Virus record (IMG/VR): IMGVR_UViG_3300000976_000009
Coordinates: 173,151 to 237,150 of that record
Strand: one strand, 5' to 3'
Origin: a virus
DNA length: 64,000 nt
Shown: positions 17,347 through 27,066 of the stretch, piece by piece
How the letters are laid out: the number at the start of each line of letters is the position of its first letter
How positions within the stretch are numbered: position 1 is the stretch's first letter
Program-made: the position numbers and the translations under genes
The notes under the pieces: generated by a model
Told to the model about the DNA's origin: nothing
The model's input: the letters and a program-made list of their open reading frames with translations, nothing else
Databases searched by the model: none

Positions 17347-18423
17347 ATGGAAAATATCGTTTATCACCCTAATCGGGTGTCGAAAGAAGAAAAAAACTTA
17401 AAACAAAATCACAAATCACCAGTAATCTGGTTAACAGGGTTGTCCGCTTCTGGTAAATCAACAATTGCAAATAAATTAGAACAAATATTATTTGAAATGG
17501 GGGTTAAAACCCAAGTACTTGATGGAGATAATATTAGACTTGGATTAAATAAAGATTTAGGTTTTACAGACAAAGACCGTAAAGAAAATATGCGTAGAAT
17601 CGCAGAAGTAGCTAAATTATTTTCAGACTCTGGAACATTAACTATCGCTGCATTCATATCCCCTTTTGAGGTAGAAAGACAATTATGTAAAGAAATTATT
17701 GGTGAAGATAATTTTATTGAGATATTTGTTAATGCTGATTTAGCTACTTGTGAGGAAAGGGACCCAAAAGGGTTATACAAAAAAGCTAGAGCTGGAGAAA
17801 TACCAATGTTCACTGGTATTGATTCCCCATATGAGAATCCAACCAACCCAGATATTAGTATTAATACATCAGTTTTTTCGGTTGACTTTTCAGTTGATTT
17901 TATTATCCACCATTTAGTAGATAATTGTTTTATTTCAAAATTAGATAATACTGTTTGGAATAAAACAAATCATGGAGGTGAGCCAACTAAAAATTTAGAT
18001 AAAAAAAGGGCAGTATTTATCGGTAGATTTCAACCATATCATCAAGGTCATATATCTTTAATTCAACAAAAAATTGATGAAGAGATACCAGTATTAATTA
18101 TGGTAAGGGATATATACCCAGATGAAAAAAACCCATTCACAACAAAGCAAACTGTTGACATGATAGAAAAATACCATTATAATAGACATAATGAAGATGT
18201 TGAAATTATGATAATTCCAGATATTGAATCAGTTAATTATGGTAGGGGTGTTGGATATGAAATTAATGAATATATACCACCAGAACATTTAGGATGGATA
18301 TCAGCAACTGAAATAAGAGAATCAATTAAAAATGGGAATAATGACTGGAGAGAACTAGTCGATAAATCAATCCAAGAGGATGTAGTAAAATATTTAACAA
18401 ATGAAGACAAAGAGAACACATAA
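17347..18423 (+). CDS. cysC: adenylyl-sulfate kinase fused to a cytidylyltransferase-like (HxGH) domain
   Basis: WLTGLSASGKST, LDGDNIR, RDPKGLYKKA, FTGIDSPYE; C-terminal FIGRFQPYHQGH. Confidence 0.9.
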   Translation: MENIVYHPNRVSKEEKNLKQNHKSPVIWLTGLSASGKSTIANKLEQILFEMGVKTQVLDGDNIRLGLNKDLGFTDKDRKENMRRIAEVAKLFSDSGTLTIAAFISPFEVERQLCKEIIGEDNFIEIFVNADLATCEERDPKGLYKKARAGEIPMFTGIDSPYENPTNPDISINTSVFSVDFSVDFIIHHLVDNCFISKLDNTVWNKTNHGGEPTKNLDKKRAVFIGRFQPYHQGHISLIQQKIDEEIPVLIMVRDIYPDEKNPFTTKQTVDMIEKYHYNRHNEDVEIMIIPDIESVNYGRGVGYEINEYIPPEHLGWISATEIRESIKNGNNDWRELVDKSIQEDVVKYLTNEDKENT

Positions 18424-18563
18424 TTTTATTAATAGCTGGAGACCATCCAGTAAACAAAAAGATAAAGTACAAATTGAATTAAGGGTTGGAAGATTAACAA
18501 TTTTTGGGTTAGCGTTTGATATTTCTAAAGGTAGTTTTAGAATTATGATATTAAATATTGGAT

Positions 18564-18788
18564 ATGAAACCAAAAATTGATAGGAAGAGACACCTATTAA
18601 AAGCCATCACTTGGAGAATTATTGCATCACTAACTAGTTTTTTTCTTGCTTGGGGTGTAACTGGTAATATTAAAGCTGGCTTATCTATTGGTGCTGCTGA
18701 TGTAGTAATTAAATTTGTGTTATATTATTTTCATGAAAGAGTATGGTATAGTTACGATTTTGGTGTTAAACATAAAGATAAAAACTAA
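18564..18788 (+). CDS. DUF2061 family membrane protein
   Basis: RHLLKAITWR...LYYFHERVW. Confidence 0.8.
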   Translation: MKPKIDRKRHLLKAITWRIIASLTSFFLAWGVTGNIKAGLSIGAADVVIKFVLYYFHERVWYSYDFGVKHKDKN

Positions 18789-18893
18789 TTAATTTTAGAT
18801 TAATTATAATTTTATTTTGGTAGATACAAATTATTTTTATATATTTGTACTCAACAAAGACTAATATTGGTCGAAACAATAAATATTATAATT

Positions 18894-19220
18894 ATGAGTA
18901 AATTTGCAACAAAATTATCTGCTTCAAACAAAGATATTAAAGCAGATAGAGCAGAAATGTTATCAGAAGAGGTAGCATTAGAGGTTAATGAATTTGTTAG
19001 TGGGTTAAAGAAAGAGAAAATTAAACTTAGAAATAAGGTTGCTCGTCTTACTGATTTGGCTCCAGATTCTAAGGATTCTTTAAGACCAACTTCTAAAGAT
19101 TTTTGTGCCTCTACTTGGGTAGCTGAATTGCACCAAGCAAAAATGGATTTAAAGCTCAAAGAGATTGAATTAGAAATTGCTAATGGTATCGAAAAAGAGT
19201 GGTTCTCTGATGAGGATTAA
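18894..19220 (+). CDS. hypothetical coiled-coil protein
   Basis: ORF after a TTTGG..TATATTTG promoter. Confidence 0.6.
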   Translation: MSKFATKLSASNKDIKADRAEMLSEEVALEVNEFVSGLKKEKIKLRNKVARLTDLAPDSKDSLRPTSKDFCASTWVAELHQAKMDLKLKEIELEIANGIEKEWFSDED

Positions 19221-19653
19221 AGTTTACTTCTCAAAAACTAACAGAACTAACCCAGATGATGAATCTATGGTTAGGTCTGTTTTATCAGATTTCAATGATA
19301 TAGAGATAGTTGAATATAAAAGTGGGTCAAGAAACTTAGCTAATATTAAAGGATGTGACTATTTAATTATATTTCCAAATTATATAGATAAACATATCGA
19401 TTCAGATTGGGTTGGATTAAGTTTAAGTCAATATGATGAGTATTGTGCATTTAAAGATGTAAATTATTCAATGGATAATTCCAACATAATGTTTGTTACT
19501 GATACAAATCAACATTATAGATATATAAGGTTTCAAAATGATTTTGATTGTGATGAATCAGATGACCCAAATAATTATTTATATATAGAGAATACAATTA
19601 GAGGCATATTTGAAGATAGATTTGGTTTATCAGTTAGTAAATCACATTTATAA
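19210..19653 (+). CDS. TIR/NDT-like fold protein (paralog A)
   Basis: KVYFSKTN..NPDD..CDYLIIFP. Confidence 0.45.
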   Translation: MRIKVYFSKTNRTNPDDESMVRSVLSDFNDIEIVEYKSGSRNLANIKGCDYLIIFPNYIDKHIDSDWVGLSLSQYDEYCAFKDVNYSMDNSNIMFVTDTNQHYRYIRFQNDFDCDESDDPNNYLYIENTIRGIFEDRFGLSVSKSHL

Positions 19654-19691
19654 TCAATGAAATCAAATTATTATCATTTAATAGGTTAATT

Positions 19692-20144
19692 ATGAAGAAG
19701 GTATATTTAGCAAAATCAAATAAATGCAATCCAGATAATGTTCAAATAATTAGAAAACTTTTGAAAAATTATGATTGTGAAATTATTGAACATAAGGGTG
19801 GTTCCTTTTCACATAAACCAATGATGAAATCAGATATATTAATTGTTTTACCATATTTAGAGGAATATGTAGAAAATAATATTGTTGGTAGGGGTTTATA
19901 TTCTCAAATAGAAGAATTTGAAAGAACAGGTAAACCTTGTTTAGTTGTTTATAATATTGATAAACAAATTTCGGTTGGTAATATTATTGATAAAGAGGTT
20001 TTAGATTATAATGACTTTTTCGAATATGGTGAAGTATGTGTTGACCCAGTTGGACCACTAAAAAATTCATTAAATGAATTCTTTGGACTATCTACTGATG
20101 TATTAATGAGTAAAAAAAATAATTATTTACTTATTTGTAAATAA
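19692..20144 (+). CDS. TIR/NDT-like fold protein (paralog B)
   Basis: KVYLAKSN..NPDN..SDILIVLP..GRGLYSQIEE..GKP. Confidence 0.45.
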   Translation: MKKVYLAKSNKCNPDNVQIIRKLLKNYDCEIIEHKGGSFSHKPMMKSDILIVLPYLEEYVENNIVGRGLYSQIEEFERTGKPCLVVYNIDKQISVGNIIDKEVLDYNDFFEYGEVCVDPVGPLKNSLNEFFGLSTDVLMSKKNNYLLICK

Positions 20145-20652
20145 TTTTTAAAATAAACTTGCAAGTTTGAAATATTAATTATAAATTTGCACAGTTAGAA
20201 ATAACAAAACGTTTTTTGAAATCTTGGAGTAATTAAAAATAATGTTTGGTAGTACAAAGATAGAGCGGTGCTCGGTAGGTACATTAACGAGGTAGGGACC
20301 AAATACATATACAGAATGCAGTTCTATTTGTCTTGCAAGACTAGAACAGGTAAACATTATCCCCTTAATTGGATTAGTGTAGGTTAAAATGGTGGTTCAA
20401 ATCCCTCATTCTGTGCAAAATTGGGGTGTTGGTCGCACAGGTCCTTGACGGACTGTTATTCTAGATGTGCATTGTGGTTCGATTCCACGTACCCCAGCAA
20501 GTCTCAGTTAGAAATGACAATAATTAAATTAATAAGGTTGAACCCCTTAACCACTTAGACAGACAGAGACAGGTTCTGTAAGTAAATTATGAGGAATAGT
20601 AGGTATAGTTTATTCTAGGCTCTGCGGGAAGTGCACTTCTACTAGAATGCTT

Positions 20653-20725
20653 GGTGACGTAGCTCAGTTGGTAGAGCAATGGATTGAAGCTCCATGTGTC
20701 GCTGGTTCGAATCCAGCCGTCACCA
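20653..20725 (+). tRNA. tRNA-Phe(GAA)
   Basis: Canonical cloverleaf, ATGGA-TTGAAGC-TCCAT. Confidence 0.9.
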
Positions 20726-20869
20726 CGAAATCTTGCCTATATCAGCACCGCTAGTTTTATAGGATAGTTAAATACCTACCCCGTGCAGAAACGATTGCAG
20801 TCGTCTGTGGTAGAGGTGTTTATAAAATACGATATAGGACTGAGACGAGCGGGAAAACCTATATCACAT

Positions 20870-20982
20870 GGAAAGGTAGCTCAGATAGGTATATAGTAGA
20901 TAACATGTTATTAGATGATATACTTCGGTAGAGCAATGGGTTGAACACTCATGTGTCGTTAGTTCGAATCTAACCCTTTCCA
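20870..20982 (+). tRNA. tRNA-Phe(GAA) with ~40-nt D-loop insertion
   Basis: AGCTCAG-[insert]-GGTAGAGC; ATGGG-TTGAACA-CTCAT. Confidence 0.7.
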
Positions 20983-22389
20983 CAGGTCTGGATGAATGTT
21001 ACAAGAGACGGAGCTTTTTAAATGTCTAAACAGTAACCACGTTTGATTTTCGTGATGAACTAATCTGCTGGGTAGTGCCCAAAAGAAAAACCACTACATG
21101 GGGAAAATCCAGAAGTAACTGGTAAATCGGCTGGCGTTAATCGCACGGAATCAAGTCGTAATTAGGGTGAACAAAAATCCGTTATACCTTAAGATTGTAA
21201 GTTAAAATCTTACTTTCTCCACAAGTTCGCTCCACGCTGGGGAGATTTGTTTCTTATCTCCTATGATGAGGCAGAACACCAAAATATCAGCTGAGAAGTG
21301 TGATTGAGGTTATTACTGTAGAAAAACAGGTGCAAGCAACTTTACTAAAACATCTCTTATGGAGGTTTGGTTCATACGAATAGATATTGTTCTATTGAAG
21401 GTACAGTTTGGGCTAAAAACATCATATAAGAGTTCTCGGAAGTTTGAGAAGACGTAATTTTAAAAGAGATGACATCGGGAAAGACTGAAATTTGGGTTGG
21501 GAGTTACGATTGGTTGAATGGTTCCTATTAGTACGGAACACCAAGGCAGAACATTAGTTTATTTGAGTGGCTTAAGACACGAAATGATTTAGGTGGGTCT
21601 GTATTAGGTTCGGGCGAATCCCGAAGGTTGCTGGTTCGAATCCAGTTCAATCCACGAATCTCAATACACATAGTCAGTGTATTAAATGTTGCATAACAGA
21701 CTCAGTTAAAAAAATGAGAGAGCAACGGAAGGAAAGTTTTCGCAAACCTACTTAGCTTTTGTAAGGTAAAAGCAACTTGGGGGTGTAACCAATTGTGGGT
21801 TATTGATGGGGCAATACCATCCACCTCCACAACTAACCACCAATGCCTCTGCTAGCATGCACAATTTTGGTATCGAAGGAAAACTAGTTAGTACTGAGAC
21901 AGAGTTAAGCGATTCTCTAGGGTAGTTAAAATCGCAAATGGGGTTATCACGCCTTTTGGATTACGTTGGAAAGTTACAACCAACGCCTTTGGGTAATATT
22001 GGTAAGTCGGTAACATATTATAAGGTGTACATAAATGTACTAGTTACACACTACTTGTAATGTAAGAATGATAATGTTGGTTCGAGTCCAACTAATCCCA
22101 CTAGTGGTAGTTTGATTGAATGCTTGGGTCGCTCTTAAGTTGAAGGTTAAATATTACTTGCTCGAAGGGTCGCTCCCAAAGAGTCCCTTAGAAGTTCAAT
22201 TGGCTGAACGCCCTCTCGATGGGGGAGGCTGAGGGTTCGAACCCCGTCTAAGGTACAAAGAAGCTAAACGTATAATAGCTTTGGTGATATAGAGCAGTTG
22301 GTAGCTCAGTTGGCGAGGGAGTAATTCCGAACCGAAAGGTCATAGGTTCGACTCCTATTATCACTACAAGCGTGTCCCAACACGTTAAT

Positions 22390-22520
22390 AAGGTTAAAAA
22401 ATTGTTACAGCAAATGTAAAAACTTGTATGTGAAACAACAGGACTAGGTTCGAATCCTAGCATAGAGATGGGAACTATGTGGTGTAATGGTAGCATTGAT
22501 AAAAAAGCAATTTTGCCCTT
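22390..22520 (+). ncRNA. circularly permuted tRNA-His(GTG)-like RNA on a stem+TACAGCAA module
   Basis: Order is anticodon arm, T arm, loop-closed acceptor (CATAG/CTATG), D arm; ends pair AAAATTGT/GCAATTTT. Confidence 0.75.
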
Positions 22521-22994
22521 TATGGAGTAAGTGTATGTCTGTCATAATTCGTATGAGTTATGATTTTGGGTTCGATTCCCATTTACCCCACAATATTAGT
22601 GGTGAGTCCTACTTAGCCTATTTTCATAGGGGTACAGGTACTTAATGAATGTATAACAGCTACTAATTTTTGAGATGGCTAGGAATGCGTGGAGTCATGA
22701 CCACAATGGGAGTTCAATTCGACCACATCTCACTAAAGAATGAGAGCCCAATTGGGTAACTCGCAGTGCGTTTAACAGACCAACTGACACACGTTTGAGT
22801 GGTAGTAATTACCCACGATAATTTTATACCTCTATCATCTGGTAACACTAGTGTTACCTTGTGAAACGTATAGTTGTGAAGGGACTGTGTGCCGAATCTT
22901 GAATTCCGTGACTTGGGATAGGGGTGTCAACACATGGGTTAAGGTAAGCCAGTCGGTTTAGTCACCGAGAAATTGTTATCTCATTCTTTTTAAT

Positions 22995-23135
22995 AGGGAA
23001 GTAGCTCAGTTGTTTAGAGCGTGTGGAAAGCAACCTTAGCTTAGATTATATCTAAGTATCCGAAAGGGTATTCCGTTAGGAAATAAGGTTTGGTTGTGAG
23101 TACCAAGGTCGTTGGTTAGAGTCCAACCTTCTCTA
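22995..23135 (+). tRNA. tRNA-like RNA with large multi-hairpin insertion in the anticodon arm
   Basis: AGGGAAG/CTTCTCT acceptor, GCTCAGTTGTTTAGAGC D arm, T arm. Confidence 0.6.
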
Positions 23136-23160
23136 CTAATAATAAATAAATTAGTTAACT

Positions 23161-23370
23161 ATGAGTAAAGTAACAGTAATTTTAAATCGTGTAAATTCAG
23201 AAGCACAAGGTGGTTTTGATAAAGAGGTAATTACATTAGCTATAGACCCAAACTGGTCAATTCCAGCAGTACATAGGGTAAATGGTCATAATTATGAGGC
23301 TAGACAAAAAGGTCAAGAAGGTGGTGTTGTAACATATTCTTTGTGTGATTCTGCTATTCCACAAGATTAA
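23161..23370 (+). CDS. small hypothetical protein inside the ncRNA island
   Basis: 69 aa, A-rich translation start. Confidence 0.55.
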   Translation: MSKVTVILNRVNSEAQGGFDKEVITLAIDPNWSIPAVHRVNGHNYEARQKGQEGGVVTYSLCDSAIPQD

Positions 23371-24246
23371 AATGGGTCTCAGAGTGCCAGCTCCTATAGA
23401 ACCTCCCCAGAGGCGGAAGCAAGCAAGGATATATGGTTGTAGCGGTAGTTCTGAGTAACCTATTTAAGATAATGTCGTTCCCTTAGCGGGGTTCATGTGC
23501 TTATGACGAATACCCAGTGTGGTCGCTTAATTGAAGTTCGTTAGACTATTTTTTAGATGTTGTTCTTTCGTGGTCTTAAAATATGAAGGGAAAAACATTT
23601 TAATTGGAGATTTGAACATATAGAGTTCAAGGGTCTTACCTTCCGTGATGGTGACTAATTCGGAGAGCGAAAACGAGAGTAGCTAGACCCTACAAACAGA
23701 AGAATGTTAAATCTATTAGTAAGTCATAGTCTTTGCTGACAATGGGTGCTAATATGTCTGGGCTACGTAGCAGACGTTTAGGTATGAGGGGCAGAACCTC
23801 ACTCCAGTTCAATTGGTGAGAGATACCAATAAAGTTTACAAGGTACTTCAAAAACTTGAGGCTGATATACCCACGGTCATACAGAGGGGTCTGATTGGAA
23901 TATGGGTATTACTAAACCCACCACAGCGATAGTTGACTTTTTATTGGTAGTAAGACACCATTTGTTTTTGAAAAGGAAAAACATTGAACATCTAGCATAC
24001 GGAATCTCAATATGTGACATTGGTTAAAGGAGATTGATTTCGACTTTAACCACATAAATGTGAAAAGAGTGCGCTCGATGATATTAATATCATAATTAAC
24101 ATAGACGGGTTCGACCAGAGGCTGGCATGAGATGTAGGTTTAAGAAAGGTGATAAACACGGATTAGTTCCGACCTATTATTAATTAACGTTAGGACTACC
24201 AATATTTCACATAAAAAATAATTATAACCATTAAATAAATAAAACA

Positions 24247-24561
24247 ATGGAATTAACAGAAATTGGGGTTAAAAAAGAACTCTACAAGTCAAAAGTAATG
24301 GCTAATTTTAGTCGAGTAGAAAATGGTGTTTTATATTATACAGTCCAACTGGAATCTGGTCTTTATGAAATTCCATTAAGATTAGAAGAAGAGAAAATTA
24401 TTACCATTAATGATGGTGAAGATGTTTTAGCTTCATTTACAATTACTAGACCGACACCAGATATGAAGGGTGCTTCATTTGGACCAGAGGTTAAAGGGTC
24501 AGACCTTAACAGATGGATTGCAAAAGCAATGAAGACTGATGACTTTAAAAGAGTTGGATAA
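24247..24561 (+). CDS. hypothetical protein
   Basis: 104 aa ORF. Confidence 0.65.
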   Translation: MELTEIGVKKELYKSKVMANFSRVENGVLYYTVQLESGLYEIPLRLEEEKIITINDGEDVLASFTITRPTPDMKGASFGPEVKGSDLNRWIAKAMKTDDFKRVG

Positions 24562-24585
24562 TAACGTAGTTCTAAATAATAAAAA

Positions 24586-24945
24586 ATGAGAAGAACAGGT
24601 AATAGAACGATTACTGTCAATAAGCAAAAACTTATGGACAAAATCAAAGAAAATAAAGAAAACCACATTGTTGAATATGAAAAGGCAGTTGCTGCTTATA
24701 AGAAAGAGGCATTAAAGCAATTGGAGAAACAAATTAACGCAGTTAATAATGGTTCACTTGAAGCTAGATTAAATCTAATCACTCCAATAGATAACCGAAC
24801 AAATTATGACAAGATTCTTGACATGTTTGAGTGGGAAGAGGAAGAATTAGTTACACTTGAACAAAGTGAATTCAATGAATATGTTCAAGATGAAACTGAA
24901 TTTGCTAGGCAAGCTAAGTTTTCAAACATGAGCTATTTAGGTTAA
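24586..24945 (+). CDS. hypothetical phage protein
   Basis: 119 aa ORF followed by a terminator. Confidence 0.65.
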   Translation: MRRTGNRTITVNKQKLMDKIKENKENHIVEYEKAVAAYKKEALKQLEKQINAVNNGSLEARLNLITPIDNRTNYDKILDMFEWEEEELVTLEQSEFNEYVQDETEFARQAKFSNMSYLG

Positions 24946-25070
24946 AACTAAGGAAATGGGGTTTATTTAGGTAAATCCCATTATTTTTTTTGTAAAAAGT
25001 TTGGTAGATACAAAAAGATTGTTTATATTTGTAGACAATTAGAAACGAATATTAATTTAAATACTAAAAA

Positions 25071-25772
25071 ATGAGTTGGAAAAGTTTAATTTTTGCTGGT
25101 CATAATAAAGATGATGACAAAAAGAAGAAAGAACCTACTGATAATGCTCAGACTTCTTTTAAAAGTAAATTCCCGTCAAACGGTCCAATAACTGAGACTA
25201 AAACGGAAACCCCAGCGGTTGTAACTAAAACAGCACCCGCAATTACCCCAAGTAACCCAGCATGTGCACCCCATCTGGATAAAATTATGTCCATGTATGA
25301 AAAAGGCTTTGAAGGTCTTAATATGGAAGGTTTTGATTTCTATGAATTTTTTAAGATGGTTGTAGAAGGTGGTGTTGATAACCCACAAATGTATGGCATG
25401 GCATTTACTGCCGCTAAGAGTATGGGTTCAACTAAGCAGAGTTTATTAGACCAGTCTAACTATTACATAACTGAAATTCGGAAAGTTCATAACAATTATG
25501 TTATGGCTGGTGATAAAAAACGTCAAGAAGCGATTACTTCTAAAACTACGGAGGAAACGTCACTTAAAACTGAATTAATTGGTATTGATTCTGAACTAGA
25601 AAGACTAAATGATTTAAAGAAGCAAAAAGAAGCGGCTTTAAAAGATATTGATAATAAGTACGAGCCAACAATTACAGAAGTTGAATGTAAATTAATGGCA
25701 AATGACATGGCTATGGAAGGTATTGTTGGTTCCATACAAAAAGTCGTAAATGGAATAACCAACAATATATAA
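25071..25772 (+). CDS. coiled-coil protein of the ABC/OmpA cassette
   Basis: 233 aa; promoter upstream. Confidence 0.7.
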   Translation: MSWKSLIFAGHNKDDDKKKKEPTDNAQTSFKSKFPSNGPITETKTETPAVVTKTAPAITPSNPACAPHLDKIMSMYEKGFEGLNMEGFDFYEFFKMVVEGGVDNPQMYGMAFTAAKSMGSTKQSLLDQSNYYITEIRKVHNNYVMAGDKKRQEAITSKTTEETSLKTELIGIDSELERLNDLKKQKEAALKDIDNKYEPTITEVECKLMANDMAMEGIVGSIQKVVNGITNNI

Positions 25773-25794
25773 CATAACTAAATTAAAAAAAAAG

Positions 25795-26892
25795 ATGAGT
25801 AATTCAAACACAAATTCGTTACCAATTATGAAGCACTTCCAAGGAGATAGTGCAATTGGTCAAACTGTTGACTCTTTCAGAAAGGGAGAGTGGTCAATTT
25901 ATACCATTTTAAAGTTAGGACTATTAGGTGCGGCTTTATATTTCTCTTGGGTATATGTATTACCACCAGTATTTATTGCAATTGGTCAAACATTAGCAAT
26001 TGTTAGTACAGGTATTATTATTGTTGCGGTTATAATTATGATGCCTTTAATTCTTAAGGGTATTCGTAGATTCACAAGATTCTTACATAAACTTATGATT
26101 AAACATGACCCATTTGCGGAATTAGAAGACCAAGAGAAGATTATGGAAGGTAATAAGAAAAAATTTGCTGTTGCTAAAGGTAAGATTCAAGACCTTAAAA
26201 ATAAAGCGCATGGTTCTTCTGTTGATGCTGAAAAAAATGCTAAACAACATGAAGATAATATTACTAGACTTCATGATAGGGCAGCTAAACTTAAGGTAGA
26301 AATTGATACTAAAGAGGCTAAAGATGATAAATTCAGAGAAACGGATGATTATATTAATTTAAGAACTGAATTACAAAAAGTTGTTTCTAAAGCTGATAGA
26401 TTAGGACACATGTTAGCCCAAGAGAAAGCATTTGTAACTAAATATGGTGCTAGATTCTTAGTTATGAAGAAAATGGGACAAAAATTAACTTGGGTTGAAG
26501 GTCAAATGGAAATTAAAATTTTAGACTTTAAAGCTACAATTGATATTCTTAAAAGAGAATATGAATTTGCTAAAGAAGCTAAAATTGCTTCAACAACAGC
26601 TAAAGATGCTATGTTTTTTACAGATGGTTGGGAAGTGGAATATGCACTAGATATTGTTACAAGTACTATTGCTGCTGACCTTTCAATTATGAATGCTAAT
26701 TTCAATGATATTGATAGCATTACTTCACTACCATTGGATTCTGATGAAATGTATGATAAATTAGAAACATTAGCAGATAGTATTCATTCGGGTGCTGACC
26801 CAGTACCTTCTGCAAAGAAGTATACTCGTCCAGATTACAAACCAACTTATGAAGATAAAACTGCTTCTGGTTTTGATGAGTCAATGTTTTAA
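25795..26892 (+). CDS. membrane-anchored long coiled-coil (PspA-like) protein
   Basis: Two TM helices followed by ~250 aa of helical sequence. Confidence 0.65.
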   Translation: MSNSNTNSLPIMKHFQGDSAIGQTVDSFRKGEWSIYTILKLGLLGAALYFSWVYVLPPVFIAIGQTLAIVSTGIIIVAVIIMMPLILKGIRRFTRFLHKLMIKHDPFAELEDQEKIMEGNKKKFAVAKGKIQDLKNKAHGSSVDAEKNAKQHEDNITRLHDRAAKLKVEIDTKEAKDDKFRETDDYINLRTELQKVVSKADRLGHMLAQEKAFVTKYGARFLVMKKMGQKLTWVEGQMEIKILDFKATIDILKREYEFAKEAKIASTTAKDAMFFTDGWEVEYALDIVTSTIAADLSIMNANFNDIDSITSLPLDSDEMYDKLETLADSIHSGADPVPSAKKYTRPDYKPTYEDKTASGFDESMF

Positions 26893-27066
26893 TAGATACT
26901 AACAATGTGGGGTGCTAGCACCCCACATTTTTTTAAAAAGTAAAAAAAAAATAAAAATAATTACAAATATATTTGGTAGATACAAATAAACTTATTATAT
27001 TTGTAATGTCTTAACGAAGAGACAAAAAAACAAAAACAATTAAATTTAACATTAAAGAAAAGAAAA

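Larger units (their letters stand above)
20200..24212 (+). ncRNA. island of tRNA-derived and structured ncRNAs
   Basis: ~4 kb nearly ORF-free and more GC-rich; many GGTTCGA T-arms and terminal helices; promoter at 20159-20189. Confidence 0.75.

Noticed and set aside
17409-17846. Long antisense ORFs (also 38590-39033, 46379-46756, 53637-53945)
   Set aside because: Antisense to confidently identified genes; explained by codon bias.
20159-20310. Leader-peptide attenuator for the ncRNA island
   Set aside because: Promoter and boxA-like site are present, but no leader ORF plus terminator pair was found.
20200-24212. Group I/II intron or rRNA fragment in the island
   Set aside because: No recognisable P7 core, domain V or rRNA signature by eye; needs Infernal to exclude.
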